Source: an uncultured delta proteobacterium (GTDB lineage: Bacteria > Desulfobacterota > Binatia > Binatales > Binataceae). From it: DNA of 64,000 nt. This document shows, one piece after another, positions 10,401-19,468 of the stretch; position 1 is the first letter of the stretch; the number at the start of each line of letters is the position of its first letter. A program made the position numbers and the translations under genes. The stretch spans positions 781,084 to 845,083 of the forward strand of contig CAWEEQ010000004.1 of NCBI GenBank assembly GCA_963808235.1, written 5' to 3'. Below the pieces are notes generated by a model that saw nothing but the letters and a program-made list of their open reading frames with translations, searched no databases and had not been told where the DNA came from.

Positions 10401-10843
10401 TCGTAGCGGCGGACGGCGTCGATCATCAGCTTGAGTGCCGGATCGACGATCGCGCGAGCCTCTTCGGGATCCAAGTCCTGCTCCAACTCCGTCGATCCCT
10501 TGATGTCGGCGAACAGCGCCGTGATCGTCTTGCGCTCGCCCTCCAGATTTTCAGGGGCTGGTGTCTCAGCTACTAGAATCGGTGAGTCATTCGCTTTCTT
10601 TGCCGGGGCAGTGCCCGCGGGCGCTCCGAGCGCCGTGCCGCATTCGCCACAAAAGCGTTTGTCCGCTGGATTATCGGCGCCGCACTTCGGACAAAGATTC
10701 GCGAGCGCCGCGCCGCAATCACCGCAGAACTTCTTGCCGGCCGGATTTTCAGCTTTGCAATTCGAGCAGCGCATCGGCTTTGTCAGAAAAGATGAGCGAC
10801 TTGCCTCGTATATCACCGAGCGCGTTGAGGGACTAGCCGACAA
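7406..10843 (-). CDS. multidomain signalling protein: N-terminal double zinc ribbon, class III adenylate/guanylate cyclase domain, STAND/AAA NTPase, C-terminal TPR array
   Basis: Two CxxC..CxxC zinc ribbons (CSNCK..CGDCG, CPKCG..CGECG). Cyclase motifs FADIKGST, STGDGIFALFG, GANTGEVVV and GHTTNLASRMQ. P-loop AEAGTGKSRL. Long TPR-like helical repeats to the C-terminus. 1145 aa. Confidence 0.8.
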   Translation of the reverse strand: MSASPSTRSVIYEASRSSFLTKPMRCSNCKAENPAGKKFCGDCGAALANLCPKCGADNPADKRFCGECGTALGAPAGTAPAKKANDSPILVAETPAPENLEGERKTITALFADIKGSTELEQDLDPEEARAIVDPALKLMIDAVRRYDGYIVQSTGDGIFALFGAPLAHEDHPQRALYAGLRMQEELKRYSAKLVAEGGRPIEARIGANTGEVVVRSISTGSGHVEYTPIGHTTNLASRMQAVAPTGSIAISEQTSKLVEGYFQLKPLGPTKVKGVTEPVNVYEVTGLGPLRTRLQRSAGRGLTKFVGREREMEAMRNASELTRVGRGQIVAAMAEAGTGKSRLFFEFKAKHQSGWMVLETFSVSHGKASAYLPTIELLHGYFRITSDDDVRTRREKVNGKVLTLDRSLEDTLPYLFVLLGIIEGDDPLAQMDGEVRRRRTLDAIKRILLRESMNQPLMVIFEDLHWIDEETQGFLNLLAESIGTAKILLLVNYRPEYSHQWNSKTYYIQLRLDPLGKESAEEMLSALLGDGTELAPLKRLIVEKTEGNPFFMEETVQVLFDENALVRDGGAVKLTRSLAALKIPPTVQAILAARIDRLPQDAKDLLQTLAVIGREFPLSLIRAVVSIPDDETRRLLDVLQLGEFIYEQPAIGDSEYTFKHALTLEVSYNSALMERRRQLHGRIGAALERLYANSIDDYLDELAHHYSRSGNSAKALDYLESAGLRAVRRLAYGEAMRNLTAALELLERTPSSPERDRREFALQTSLGPALMATKGWAAPETERAYLRAERLAETGATPEQQFALLVGLFGLLYVGGNLRGARERQKPIWDFVDRHPDPVFLLEAIHHDWSVALSAGELEASQRHVERGLKLFESKLRSAAVPLYTAHHPAVCGYAWDAQLSWLRGRPDAARRCAERAVSLANELGDAISAAFALYEKALVHRMMLEPKLALEIAGAAINAAEDVGFLYVLRHARVVKGWALTELGRAEEGIRQIREETDALSANREELWLTLSLATLADSCLRAGRIEHGLKAIGDALDLVRRSGECFWEAEINRLRGELLLGQSPSDPALARASVEHAIKKARQQGAKSLELRATTSLARILMSTDRRDEACAMLADIYNWFSEGFDTADLMDAKALLDELNA

Positions 10844-11035
10844 CGCGAGAACGATCGCAATACGTCGCCTGCTATGTCCGGATCGAGCGCATGCTGATGG
10901 AACAGCTCAACTACAACTTCGTTTGCCGTCTTCGCGGGTGAGGGCGCTCACATCGAGCACAGCTACGCGCTCGTGCTGGAACTTTGCTAGCATCGCGAAC
11001 GCGACCCGGAGCGAAAGGGAAAGGAAAAGACAGCC

Positions 11036-11809
11036 ATGGTTAAGATCGTGTACGTACTGGCGCGGCGCGCCGATGTGCCTGCCGAAAAGTTTTACGACTA
11101 TTGGCTCAATTCGCACGGGCCGCGAGTGCGCGGTCATGCAAAAGCGATCCACGCGCGCAAGTACATCCAGAGCCACCTGATCGACACTCCTCTTAACCGC
11201 GAATTTCAGGAACCGCGCGGAATGCTGGACCCGATGGCTGGCATCACCGAAGTCTGGTGGGACTCTGTTGCCGACTTCGAGCGCCGTGACAATGATCCGA
11301 CGCGCGCCGCGGCAACCCGCGACCTGGCGGAAGACGAGGCCAAGTTCATCGACATCGCGCGCTCGCAAGTGTTTCTGACCGAGGAGCATACGATCTTTGA
11401 CTACACCGCCGGCGCCAAGCTCGGCCGCGATGCGATCAAAGTCACCTATCTGCTCAGCAAGCGCGATTCGTTGTCGGTCGCGGATTGCCACAAGACCTGG
11501 CTGAGGGATCATGGGCCGCTGGTAACCAGCTTCGCGAAAGATGTTCGCGCGGCGAAGTATATCCAGAGCCACACCATCGCACCGGAGTTCAACGCAGCGG
11601 TTGTGAAGAGCCGCGGCTTTGCCAAGCCGCTCGACGGAATCACCGAGGTATGGTGGAAATCGATCGATGACCTGACCGCTGGTTCCGCTACACCGGCAGC
11701 GGCGCAAGCGTATGCGAAGCTCATCGAGGACGAACGCCGCTTCGTCGAGATGTCGCGCTCGCGATGCTTCCTGACCAAAGAGCACGTCATCTTCGATTAC
11801 ACGAGTTAG
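11036..11809 (+). CDS. tandem EthD-domain protein (dimeric alpha+beta barrel superfamily)
   Basis: Two internally repeated halves (YIQSHLIDTP..GITEVWWDS / YIQSHTIAPE..GITEVWWKS). EthD-like. Confidence 0.55.
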   Translation: MVKIVYVLARRADVPAEKFYDYWLNSHGPRVRGHAKAIHARKYIQSHLIDTPLNREFQEPRGMLDPMAGITEVWWDSVADFERRDNDPTRAAATRDLAEDEAKFIDIARSQVFLTEEHTIFDYTAGAKLGRDAIKVTYLLSKRDSLSVADCHKTWLRDHGPLVTSFAKDVRAAKYIQSHTIAPEFNAAVVKSRGFAKPLDGITEVWWKSIDDLTAGSATPAAAQAYAKLIEDERRFVEMSRSRCFLTKEHVIFDYTS

Positions 11810-11843
11810 GTCTCGAGCCGCACGCGCGCGCAGAGAGGTGAAT

Positions 11844-13007
11844 ATGAAAGTTTCGCTCTTCTACCTGCCTTCGGTCGGCAGCAAGGCCGACATCGAAAAA
11901 GGCCAAGCCGGATTGCGGGGTCATCTCTACGATCAAATGCTCCACGACATCACCGGCCAGGCCAAGCTCGCCGACGATCTCGGCTACGACTCGATCAGCT
12001 TCACCGAGCATCACTTTCACGTCGAGGGTTTCGAGCTGTCGAACAACCCCGTCCTGCTCGACTTGTACATCGCGATGCAAACCAAGCGGCTGCGCGTCGG
12101 CCAGCTCGGCATCGTGCTGCCGTCGCAGAATCCGCTACGCGTCGCCGAGGATATCGCGATGCTCGATCATATGTCCGGTGGTCGCGCCAACGCCGGCTTC
12201 GCGCGCGGCTATCAGCGCCGATGGGTCGACATCATGGCCCAGCAGACGCATGGGATTCACGGCGCGCTGCCGCATCAGCACGACGAGATCGACAACGCAA
12301 ATCGCGCCGCCTTCGAAGAAAACTTCCGCATCATCAAAAAGGCGTGGACCGAAGACTTCCTTTCATACGATGGCAAGTACTGGAGCGTACCGCCCGGCGA
12401 GACGCCGTGGACTCTCGACGCGACCGCGAAGTGGGGCGGCGGCATAGACAACGGCATCGTACGCATGGTCTCGGTGGTGCCGAAGCCGGTGCAGAAACCG
12501 CATCCGCCGATATTCCAGCCGTTCGCGTCGTCCGAGCGCAGCATCAGATGGTGCGCGCAGGAGGGCGTCACCGCGATCCTGCCGCCGCTCCATCCGTCGC
12601 TCGAGCATCAGCTCTGCGAGGTTTATGGCGAGGTCTCGCACAAGCCGCTCGGCGAAGGGATGGGCGTGTTGCGCGACATCGTGATCGCCGACAGCGACGA
12701 TGAAGCGCGCGCAATCTGGCGCGAGAGCGGCTACTTCTGCGGCCACGAATGGTTCGAGCCGTTCGGATTTTCCAAGGGCCTCGACGATCCAAAAACCGGC
12801 GAACCGGCCGACCTTTGGACCAACGGCCTCGCGTTCGTCGGAACCGTCGACACGGTGACGCGCCAGGTCGAGCATCTGCTCAAACGCCTGCCGATTAGAT
12901 GGATCTTCGCGTGGATGTACAATGGCCTGATGCCGCACGATCGCTTGATGAAAACGATCGAACTCTTCTGGACCAAAGTGCTGCCCCGCGTTTCGGATCT
13001 GCGCTAA
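11844..13007 (+). CDS. LLM class flavin-dependent oxidoreductase (luciferase-like monooxygenase)
   Basis: Motifs SFTEHHF, LGIVLPSQNPLRVAEDIAMLDHMSGGR. RBS GAGAGGTG upstream of the ATG (a GTG 2 codons upstream is also possible). Confidence 0.8.
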   Translation: MKVSLFYLPSVGSKADIEKGQAGLRGHLYDQMLHDITGQAKLADDLGYDSISFTEHHFHVEGFELSNNPVLLDLYIAMQTKRLRVGQLGIVLPSQNPLRVAEDIAMLDHMSGGRANAGFARGYQRRWVDIMAQQTHGIHGALPHQHDEIDNANRAAFEENFRIIKKAWTEDFLSYDGKYWSVPPGETPWTLDATAKWGGGIDNGIVRMVSVVPKPVQKPHPPIFQPFASSERSIRWCAQEGVTAILPPLHPSLEHQLCEVYGEVSHKPLGEGMGVLRDIVIADSDDEARAIWRESGYFCGHEWFEPFGFSKGLDDPKTGEPADLWTNGLAFVGTVDTVTRQVEHLLKRLPIRWIFAWMYNGLMPHDRLMKTIELFWTKVLPRVSDLR

Positions 13008-13031
13008 CTGCGCATCATCTCTGACTCCGAA

Positions 13032-15086
13032 GTGCCGATACTCGCCTCACACACGGTTCTCGAAGACCTCGCAATGGTGCTATGCGTCGCCGCAATCACC
13101 ACCGTTATCTTTCAGAAAATCCGCCAACCGGTCGTCGTCGGTTACTTGCTCGCGGGAGTAATCGTCGGTCCTTATGTCACGATTTTTCCGCTGCTCGCCG
13201 ATTCCGAGCGCATCCACACCCTCTCCGAACTCGGCGTGATCCTCTTGATGTTTGCGCTGGGGCTGGAGTTCCGGCTGAGCCGGCTGATCCGCCTAGGCCC
13301 GACCTCCGGCTTCATCACCGCGCTTCAAGTCGGCTTCATGATCTGGCTGGGCTACATATGCGGCCGCGCACTCGGATGGACTCCGCTCGAGTCCATTTTC
13401 ACCGGCGCGATACTTTCCATCTCGAGCACCACGATCGTTGCCAAGGCCTATGAGGAGACGCCGGTCGCCCCGACTTTGCGCGAACTCGCGTTTGGCATCC
13501 TGCTCGCTGAGGATCTGACCGCGGTCGTCGAACTCGCCGTGCTGACCACGCTCGCATCGGGCGCCGGCGTGTCGGCGCCGATGATGACTGTCACGATCGG
13601 CCGCCTCATCTTGTTTCTCGTCGCGTTCGTAGGAATCGGATTTATCGTCGTGCCGCCGCTCGTGAGGATAGTGGTGAGCCTCGACCGGCCCGAGACCACC
13701 CTGGTCGCGAGCGTCGGTATCTGTTTCGCGTTCGCGCTCATCGCGGAGCACTCAGGTTACTCGGTCGCACTCGGCGCGTTTCTGGCCGGCTCGCTGGTCG
13801 CGGAGTCGGGTAAGGCCGATCAGATCGAACGCCTTGTCGCGCCGGTCCGCGATATCTTCGGCGCGGTATTCTTCGTCTCGGTCGGCATGATGATCGATCC
13901 TCAGCTAATCGCGCAGCATTGGATCGCGCTGATCGTGCTGACCGTGGCTGTGATCGCCGGGAAATTCATCGGCGTCACCTTCGCGTCGATTTTGAGCGGC
14001 GTCGGCACCAGGACGTCGATCCAGGCGGGCATGAGTCTCGCGCAAATCGGCGAGTTCTCGTTCATCATAGCGGGCGCCGGAATGAAAACCGGCGCGACCC
14101 GCGATTTTCTTTATTCGATTGCCGTTGCCGTCTCTGTAATCACAACATTCCTGACTCCATATCTGATTCGATCGTCCGGGCCATGCGCTGACTTCGTATC
14201 CCGCCATCTGCCACGTCCGCTCAAGGTACTCGAATCGCTCTACGACTCGTGGTTCGAGCGAATTCGTCAAGCCGCGGCGCCAACTGAAGACAGCCGTTCG
14301 ATCGGATGGCCCATCGCGACCATCGTGTCCAGCGCGAGTCTAATCGGCGCGATTCTCATCATCAACGAACGCGACCCCTTCGACGTGACGACGATCGTCG
14401 CTAAGCTGGAGCGCCTACCGTATTTTTCCGCCGGCCTGTTCGTGGACGCATTCGCGTTGCTGCTGTGCGTGGGGCCTGCGGCCGGTCTTTATTTCGGCGC
14501 GCATCGTCTTGCGACCGCGCTTGCATCACGAGCGTTTCCGGATTTGACCACAGAAGAAATCAGCGCGGGAAAAGCGATGATCGAATTGCTGCACGTAACC
14601 ATCCTGCTGGTCGCCGCGGTGCCGCTCCTGGCGGTAGTTCAGCCCTTCATGGCGCCGGTGGAAGGAATCGCAGTTATGGTCATCTCGATCCTGCTGATGA
14701 TCATAGTAGTTGCTCGAAATGTTGGCCGGATACAAAACCAGATGCGCGACGCGGTGCATTTTATCGCCAATACGATGCGCGGCTCGCGTGCCGAAGGCCG
14801 CTCGTACGAAGTTCCCGGCATCGGGACGCTGACCCCGGTCAGCGTGCAGGCAGGCAGCAGCGGAATCGGAAAACGCCTCTCCGAAATCGATCTGCACACG
14901 CAGAGTGGCGCCGTGGTAGTAGCAATAGGACGCGGCGGCTCGGACGTGATAATTCCCACCGGCGACGAAGTCCTCCGCCCCGGCGACATCCTCGAACTAG
15001 CGGGCTCAACCGACGCAGTAGCAACCGCAATCCGCCTCCTGAACCTTCCGCGACCAACTTCGGCCACCGCCGAAGCCTCGCTCTAA
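13032..15086 (+). CDS. cation:proton antiporter (CPA2/Kef-type) with C-terminal TrkA-C (RCK_C) domain
   Basis: About 12 TM helices, VVGYLLAGVIVGP motif, C-terminal RCK_C-like segment. Start uncertain (GTG 13032 or ATG 13074). Confidence 0.75.
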   Translation: MPILASHTVLEDLAMVLCVAAITTVIFQKIRQPVVVGYLLAGVIVGPYVTIFPLLADSERIHTLSELGVILLMFALGLEFRLSRLIRLGPTSGFITALQVGFMIWLGYICGRALGWTPLESIFTGAILSISSTTIVAKAYEETPVAPTLRELAFGILLAEDLTAVVELAVLTTLASGAGVSAPMMTVTIGRLILFLVAFVGIGFIVVPPLVRIVVSLDRPETTLVASVGICFAFALIAEHSGYSVALGAFLAGSLVAESGKADQIERLVAPVRDIFGAVFFVSVGMMIDPQLIAQHWIALIVLTVAVIAGKFIGVTFASILSGVGTRTSIQAGMSLAQIGEFSFIIAGAGMKTGATRDFLYSIAVAVSVITTFLTPYLIRSSGPCADFVSRHLPRPLKVLESLYDSWFERIRQAAAPTEDSRSIGWPIATIVSSASLIGAILIINERDPFDVTTIVAKLERLPYFSAGLFVDAFALLLCVGPAAGLYFGAHRLATALASRAFPDLTTEEISAGKAMIELLHVTILLVAAVPLLAVVQPFMAPVEGIAVMVISILLMIIVVARNVGRIQNQMRDAVHFIANTMRGSRAEGRSYEVPGIGTLTPVSVQAGSSGIGKRLSEIDLHTQSGAVVVAIGRGGSDVIIPTGDEVLRPGDILELAGSTDAVATAIRLLNLPRPTSATAEASL

Positions 15087-15190
15087 TATTTGTTCCCCTT
15101 CCCAGATGGGAAGCGGCTATGGGGTTAGGTCGCTCGGTTGCATCATCGGATCTTCGGTCGTAACGTCTCGATAATTTCTGCGAGGTTGAT

Positions 15191-15958
15191 ATGAATCTGA
15201 AAAACGCAATTGCGATAGTCACCGGCGGAGGCTCAGGACTCGGCGAGGCCACAATCCGCGAGTTCGCTTCCGCCGGCGCGAAAGTCGCGATTCTCGATCT
15301 ACCGTCGTCACCCGGCGCCAAAGTCGCCGAATCGCTCGGTGACAACGCGCTATTCGTGGTCGCCGACGTCGCCTCCGCCGATCAGGCCGCCGACGCCGTT
15401 GCAAAGACAGTTGCGAAGTTCGGCGCGGTTCATATCGCCGTGAACTGCGCCGGCATCGGCCGCGCGATGCGCACGATTACCAAGGACGGTCCGCACTCGC
15501 TCGATTTGTTTAGCAAAGTGATCGCGGTGAATCTCATCGGCACGTTCAACGTCACGCGCCTGGCCGCGGCGGCGATGGCGAAGAATCAGCCGAGTGCCGA
15601 CGGCGAGCGCGGCGTGATCATCAATACCGCTTCGGTCGCGGCCTACGATGGACAGATCGGGCAGGCCGCATACTCCGCATCGAAGGGCGGCGTAGTCGCG
15701 ATGACGCTGCCGATCGCGCGCGACCTCGCATCACTGGGGATCCGCGTCTGCACGATCGCGCCGGGAACTTTCGAAACCCCGATGCTCGCGGGACTCCCCG
15801 ATCCAGCGCGCAAAGCCCTCGCTGCGCAAATCCCATTCCCGCAGCGCCTCGGCAAACCAACCGAGTACGCCGCCTTGGCGCGTCACATAGTAGAAAACGA
15901 AATGTTGAACGGTGAAACAATCCGCCTCGACGGCGCGCTGCGCATGCCTCCGCGCTGA
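15191..15958 (+). CDS. SDR family oxidoreductase (3-hydroxyacyl-CoA dehydrogenase type-2-like)
   Basis: TGGGSGLG cofactor motif and YSASKGG catalytic Tyr-x3-Lys. 255 aa. Confidence 0.8.
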   Translation: MNLKNAIAIVTGGGSGLGEATIREFASAGAKVAILDLPSSPGAKVAESLGDNALFVVADVASADQAADAVAKTVAKFGAVHIAVNCAGIGRAMRTITKDGPHSLDLFSKVIAVNLIGTFNVTRLAAAAMAKNQPSADGERGVIINTASVAAYDGQIGQAAYSASKGGVVAMTLPIARDLASLGIRVCTIAPGTFETPMLAGLPDPARKALAAQIPFPQRLGKPTEYAALARHIVENEMLNGETIRLDGALRMPPR

Positions 15959-15979
15959 ATCCTGAAGAGGTGATAGAAG

Positions 15980-16867
15980 ATGATCATCGCGCAAATCACG
16001 GACCTTCACGTGGTAGCGAAAGGTCGCCTGTGTTACCGCAGAGTGCCGACCAACACACAGCTCGCGCAGTCCGTCGCGCACATCAACGGTCTTGATCCCA
16101 AGCCGACCGCGGTCATCGCTTCGGGCGATCTGACCGATCACGGGCGCCCGGAAGAATACGATTTGCTGCGTGAGATCCTGTCAGAGTTGATTCCTCCCGT
16201 GTTCGTGATTCCGGGAAATCACGACCGGCGCGAGGTCCTCTTGAAGGCATTTGCCGCCGAGGAGTACATGCCGACGCCTGATTCGCCGTTCGTGAACTAT
16301 GCGATCGATAAGTATCCCGTCCGGCTGGTTGGACTCGATACCTCCGTGCCGGGACACCATCATGGGATGATGTGCGAAGAACGGCTGCGATGGCTCGACG
16401 CTACGCTTGGCGCGCGGCCCGATTCTCCGACGCTGATTTTCATGCATCACCCGCCGTTTCGCTCCGGGGTGCAATGGATGGATGCGTCGGGCCTGCATGG
16501 TGGCCGGATGATGGAGGACATTGTGCGGCGGCATCGACAGGTCGTGCGAGTCGCGTGCGGTCATATACATCGGCCAATCCACGTGGCGTGGGGTGGCACG
16601 ATTGCGTCCACGTCACCGAGCACTTGTCATCAGGTTTCGCTCGACTTGGCCGGGCGAGACGGATTCGAATTCACGATGGAGCCGCGAGCGGTGCAGCTTC
16701 ATGTATGGGACGAGAATTACGGATTGGTTTCGCATCTCAGCTACGTTCCTGCCGGCTACGAGGAAGTAGCGATGCTCAGTGGTCTGACCGATGAGGCCCG
16801 CGTGAAACTGCTCGCGCAGAACCGGCGAGACTATCAGGAGCTCTGCAAGAGCGAGTACGACAGATGA
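15980..16867 (+). CDS. metallophosphoesterase, class III cyclic-nucleotide phosphodiesterase (CpdA)-like
   Basis: Motifs D-x-H (ITDLH), GDLTDHG, GNHD, HHPP, GHIH in the canonical order of the calcineurin-like/CpdA family. Confidence 0.65.
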   Translation: MIIAQITDLHVVAKGRLCYRRVPTNTQLAQSVAHINGLDPKPTAVIASGDLTDHGRPEEYDLLREILSELIPPVFVIPGNHDRREVLLKAFAAEEYMPTPDSPFVNYAIDKYPVRLVGLDTSVPGHHHGMMCEERLRWLDATLGARPDSPTLIFMHHPPFRSGVQWMDASGLHGGRMMEDIVRRHRQVVRVACGHIHRPIHVAWGGTIASTSPSTCHQVSLDLAGRDGFEFTMEPRAVQLHVWDENYGLVSHLSYVPAGYEEVAMLSGLTDEARVKLLAQNRRDYQELCKSEYDR

Positions 16868-17656
16868 TCAAATCGTCGAGGCGTTTCGCGCGACGCGCGT
16901 TGCCAGGATGAACGTGAACGCCGCGAAGGCGATCGCGATACACACTGACGACGCCATCGGCATCGTGGCGCCGCTGGCGGCGGGCTCGGCGAGGTAGAGT
17001 GCGTGGCGGAGCGCCTCGGTCCCATAGGTCACGGGATTCAGGCGCGTGGTCCATTGAAACCACATTGGCGCGCCGGCGACCGGGAAGACCGCCCCCGACA
17101 GCATCCAGATCGGAAGCAGCAGCATATTCATGAACCCATGGAAGCCCTGGGTAGTGTCGATTCGCCACGCCATCATCAGTCCGATGCTGGTCATCGCGAA
17201 CGCGACAATCGCCATCATCGCGATCGACACCACGAAAGCTTCGAGACTCAAGTGGATTCCCGCCAGCGGCGCCAGCGCGAGGAAGATAACTCCCTGCATC
17301 AGCGCCAGCGTGGTGCCGCCGAGCGCCTGTCCGAGCACGATTGTTGAGCGTGAGATCGGCGCGACCAGCACTCCTTGAAGGAAGCCTTCGCGGCGATCGT
17401 CGACGGTCGAGGCGGTCGCGAAGATCGCCGTGAAGAGGAGCATCAGCACGATCACGCCGGGGTAGAAGTATTGCACGTAGTTGCTGCCCGCCGGCATCCC
17501 GCTCGGCTTGAATGACGCTTGCAGGCCGGTGCCGAGCAGCAGCCAGAAAACCAGCGGAGTCAGGATCGCGCTCATCACGCGGATCGGCTGGCGGATGAAG
17601 CGCACGATCTCCCGCTCCCAGAGCGTCTCGGCCTGAAGAAAAATTTCGCGCATCAC
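16868..17656 (-). CDS. ABC-2 type transporter permease
   Basis: 262 aa with 6 TM helices in the ABC-2 family pattern. Downstream of the ATPase on the same strand. Confidence 0.7.
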   Translation of the reverse strand: MMREIFLQAETLWEREIVRFIRQPIRVMSAILTPLVFWLLLGTGLQASFKPSGMPAGSNYVQYFYPGVIVLMLLFTAIFATASTVDDRREGFLQGVLVAPISRSTIVLGQALGGTTLALMQGVIFLALAPLAGIHLSLEAFVVSIAMMAIVAFAMTSIGLMMAWRIDTTQGFHGFMNMLLLPIWMLSGAVFPVAGAPMWFQWTTRLNPVTYGTEALRHALYLAEPAASGATMPMASSVCIAIAFAAFTFILATRVARNASTI

Positions 17657-17659
17657 TTT

Positions 17660-18655
17660 CTATTCTTCCGCCGGAGCATTTGCGAAGAACTGATGCCCGG
17701 TCAGATGCACGAACACGTCTTCGAGGGTGGGTTTGCCGAATGAGACTGATTCGACCTCATCGCCAAATGCGTCGACAAGATCGCGAACCAGTTCGTGCCC
17801 GCGAAGGCGTTCAATCCGAATCGTCCCATCGACCAATTGGCTCTTGAGCTTGAAGCGTTGGAGAATTTTTCGCTGCAGAACTTCAGACGCCTCGGTGCGG
17901 ATCACGATCACGTCGCCGCCGACTTCCGACTTGAGTTCCGCGGGCGGTGCGATTGCGACCAGCTTCCCCTGGTGGAGAATTCCGATTCGATCGCATCGCT
18001 CGGCCTCTTCCATAAAGTGTGTCGTCAGCACCACGGTCACGCCGTCATGCTCGCGCAGGTAGCCGAGGTAATTGAAAAACTCGCGGCGCGCCGCCGGATC
18101 GAGACCGGTGCTCGGCTCATCGAGCAGCAACAGTTCCGGCTCGTGCAGGAGCGCCTTGGCGAGCTCGACGCGCCGCTGAAGTCCGCCCGACAGCGTCTCG
18201 ACCAGGTCGCGTGCGCGTGGTGAGAGCCCGAGCCGCTCGAGCATCGCGGCAGTGCGCTCGCGCAGGCGCTTTCCGGTGATTCCATATAGATGTGCGTGAG
18301 CGGCAAGGTTCTCTGCCACGGTCAGCTTGCCGTCGAGACTCGGATGCTGAAACACGACTCCGAGCTGGCGCCGCACCGAACTCGTTTCACCAGCGAGATC
18401 ATGCCCGAGCATCCGCACGATCCCGGACTGAATCGGCACCAGCGTCGAGAGCAACTTGAAAAGCGTCGTCTTGCCGCCGCCATTCGGACCGAGAAAGCTG
18501 AAAATTTCGCCGCGCGCAACCGTGAAACTTACGTCTGAGAGCGCCGCCCGCTCGCCGTAGCGAAAACCAACCGCGCTCGCGTCGATCGCGGACGAACTGC
18601 CACCTGCGGCGTGTTCAGCAGGTTCTGATCGATTAGAAATTGTCGAGGCGCCCAT
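17660..18655 (-). CDS. ABC transporter ATP-binding protein
   Basis: Walker A GPNGGGKTT, signature LSGGLQRR, Walker B LLLLDEPSTGLD. Confidence 0.85.
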   Translation of the reverse strand: MGASTISNRSEPAEHAAGGSSSAIDASAVGFRYGERAALSDVSFTVARGEIFSFLGPNGGGKTTLFKLLSTLVPIQSGIVRMLGHDLAGETSSVRRQLGVVFQHPSLDGKLTVAENLAAHAHLYGITGKRLRERTAAMLERLGLSPRARDLVETLSGGLQRRVELAKALLHEPELLLLDEPSTGLDPAARREFFNYLGYLREHDGVTVVLTTHFMEEAERCDRIGILHQGKLVAIAPPAELKSEVGGDVIVIRTEASEVLQRKILQRFKLKSQLVDGTIRIERLRGHELVRDLVDAFGDEVESVSFGKPTLEDVFVHLTGHQFFANAPAEE

Positions 18656-18751
18656 GGTCAGAGATTAGGATTGATTATCATCTGCCGGTGCTCCCGCCGC
18701 AAACGGCGAAGCAGTCACCAGCCGTGACAACCAGCCGCCGGAGATAAACCT

Positions 18752-19468
18752 TTACGGCTCGCCGAGTCCGCCCGCCGGCCGCGAGCCTTGCTCGGGCAGC
18801 CCGACTTCTGCGCGGTGCCATCCGTCCTGAAATGCGGTGGTGCGCTCCGCGCCGTTGCCGTGACCGGAGGCATGGCCGACGAAGTCGTCGCCGGTCATCA
18901 GGTAGTAGCGCGTAATTTCGTCCGGATCGAGCCGCCTGATCCCAAGCCGCGCGAGCGAGTAGCCGGAGAACTGATCGGCGGCAAGCTCCTTGTTTTTCAC
19001 CGGGACGTTGTCCTGGCTGGGAGCGAAGTCGTCGTGCGCGAGATGGCCGATTTCGTGCGCGAAGATCGCATACAGCATCGGACGAACCGCGTCCTGATCG
19101 TCGATCCGCATCCACTTTCCCATCAGGCTGTCGAGGAACTCGCGGTTGTAAAAAATGCATCCGCCAGCATGCGCATGAGGCGAGACCGCGCTCACCGATT
19201 CATACAGCGGAAAATTAGTTCCCCACATATCGTTGAGCTGCGCGACGATCGACTTGTAGGGTTCCTGCGCCGGGCGCGCGGGCTCGCCGCATGGCTCGAC
19301 GTTGTTGCCGGCTTTCGCCGCCGGGGCCTCCCTGGTTTCCGCCGGCGCGCTGGTGGTATGCCGCTCGATCACGTGCCAGTCGTCCTGAGCGCGGACCGAT
19401 TCGGGTAATGCGACACTCGCGACAAACGCAAGTGCAAGTAGCGCCGATATGATGTTCGATCTTCTCAA
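18752..19468 (-). CDS. secreted putative zinc metallopeptidase-like protein (HExxH)
   Basis: Signal peptide. Motif [13 protein letters not shown] (HExxH..H). TTG start overlaps the ilvD stop (TTGA). Confidence 0.45.
   Translation of the reverse strand: MRRSNIISALLALAFVASVALPESVRAQDDWHVIERHTTSAPAETREAPAAKAGNNVEPCGEPARPAQEPYKSIVAQLNDMWGTNFPLYESVSAVSPHAHAGGCIFYNREFLDSLMGKWMRIDDQDAVRPMLYAIFAHEIGHLAHDDFAPSQDNVPVKNKELAADQFSGYSLARLGIRRLDPDEITRYYLMTGDDFVGHASGHGNGAERTTAFQDGWHRAEVGLPEQGSRPAGGLGEP

Noticed and set aside
10907-11785. 292-aa minus-strand ORF antisense to the EthD gene
   Set aside because: No recognizable motifs and Arg/Leu/Ala-biased. The plus-strand frame shows an internally repeated, domain-like protein with an RBS.
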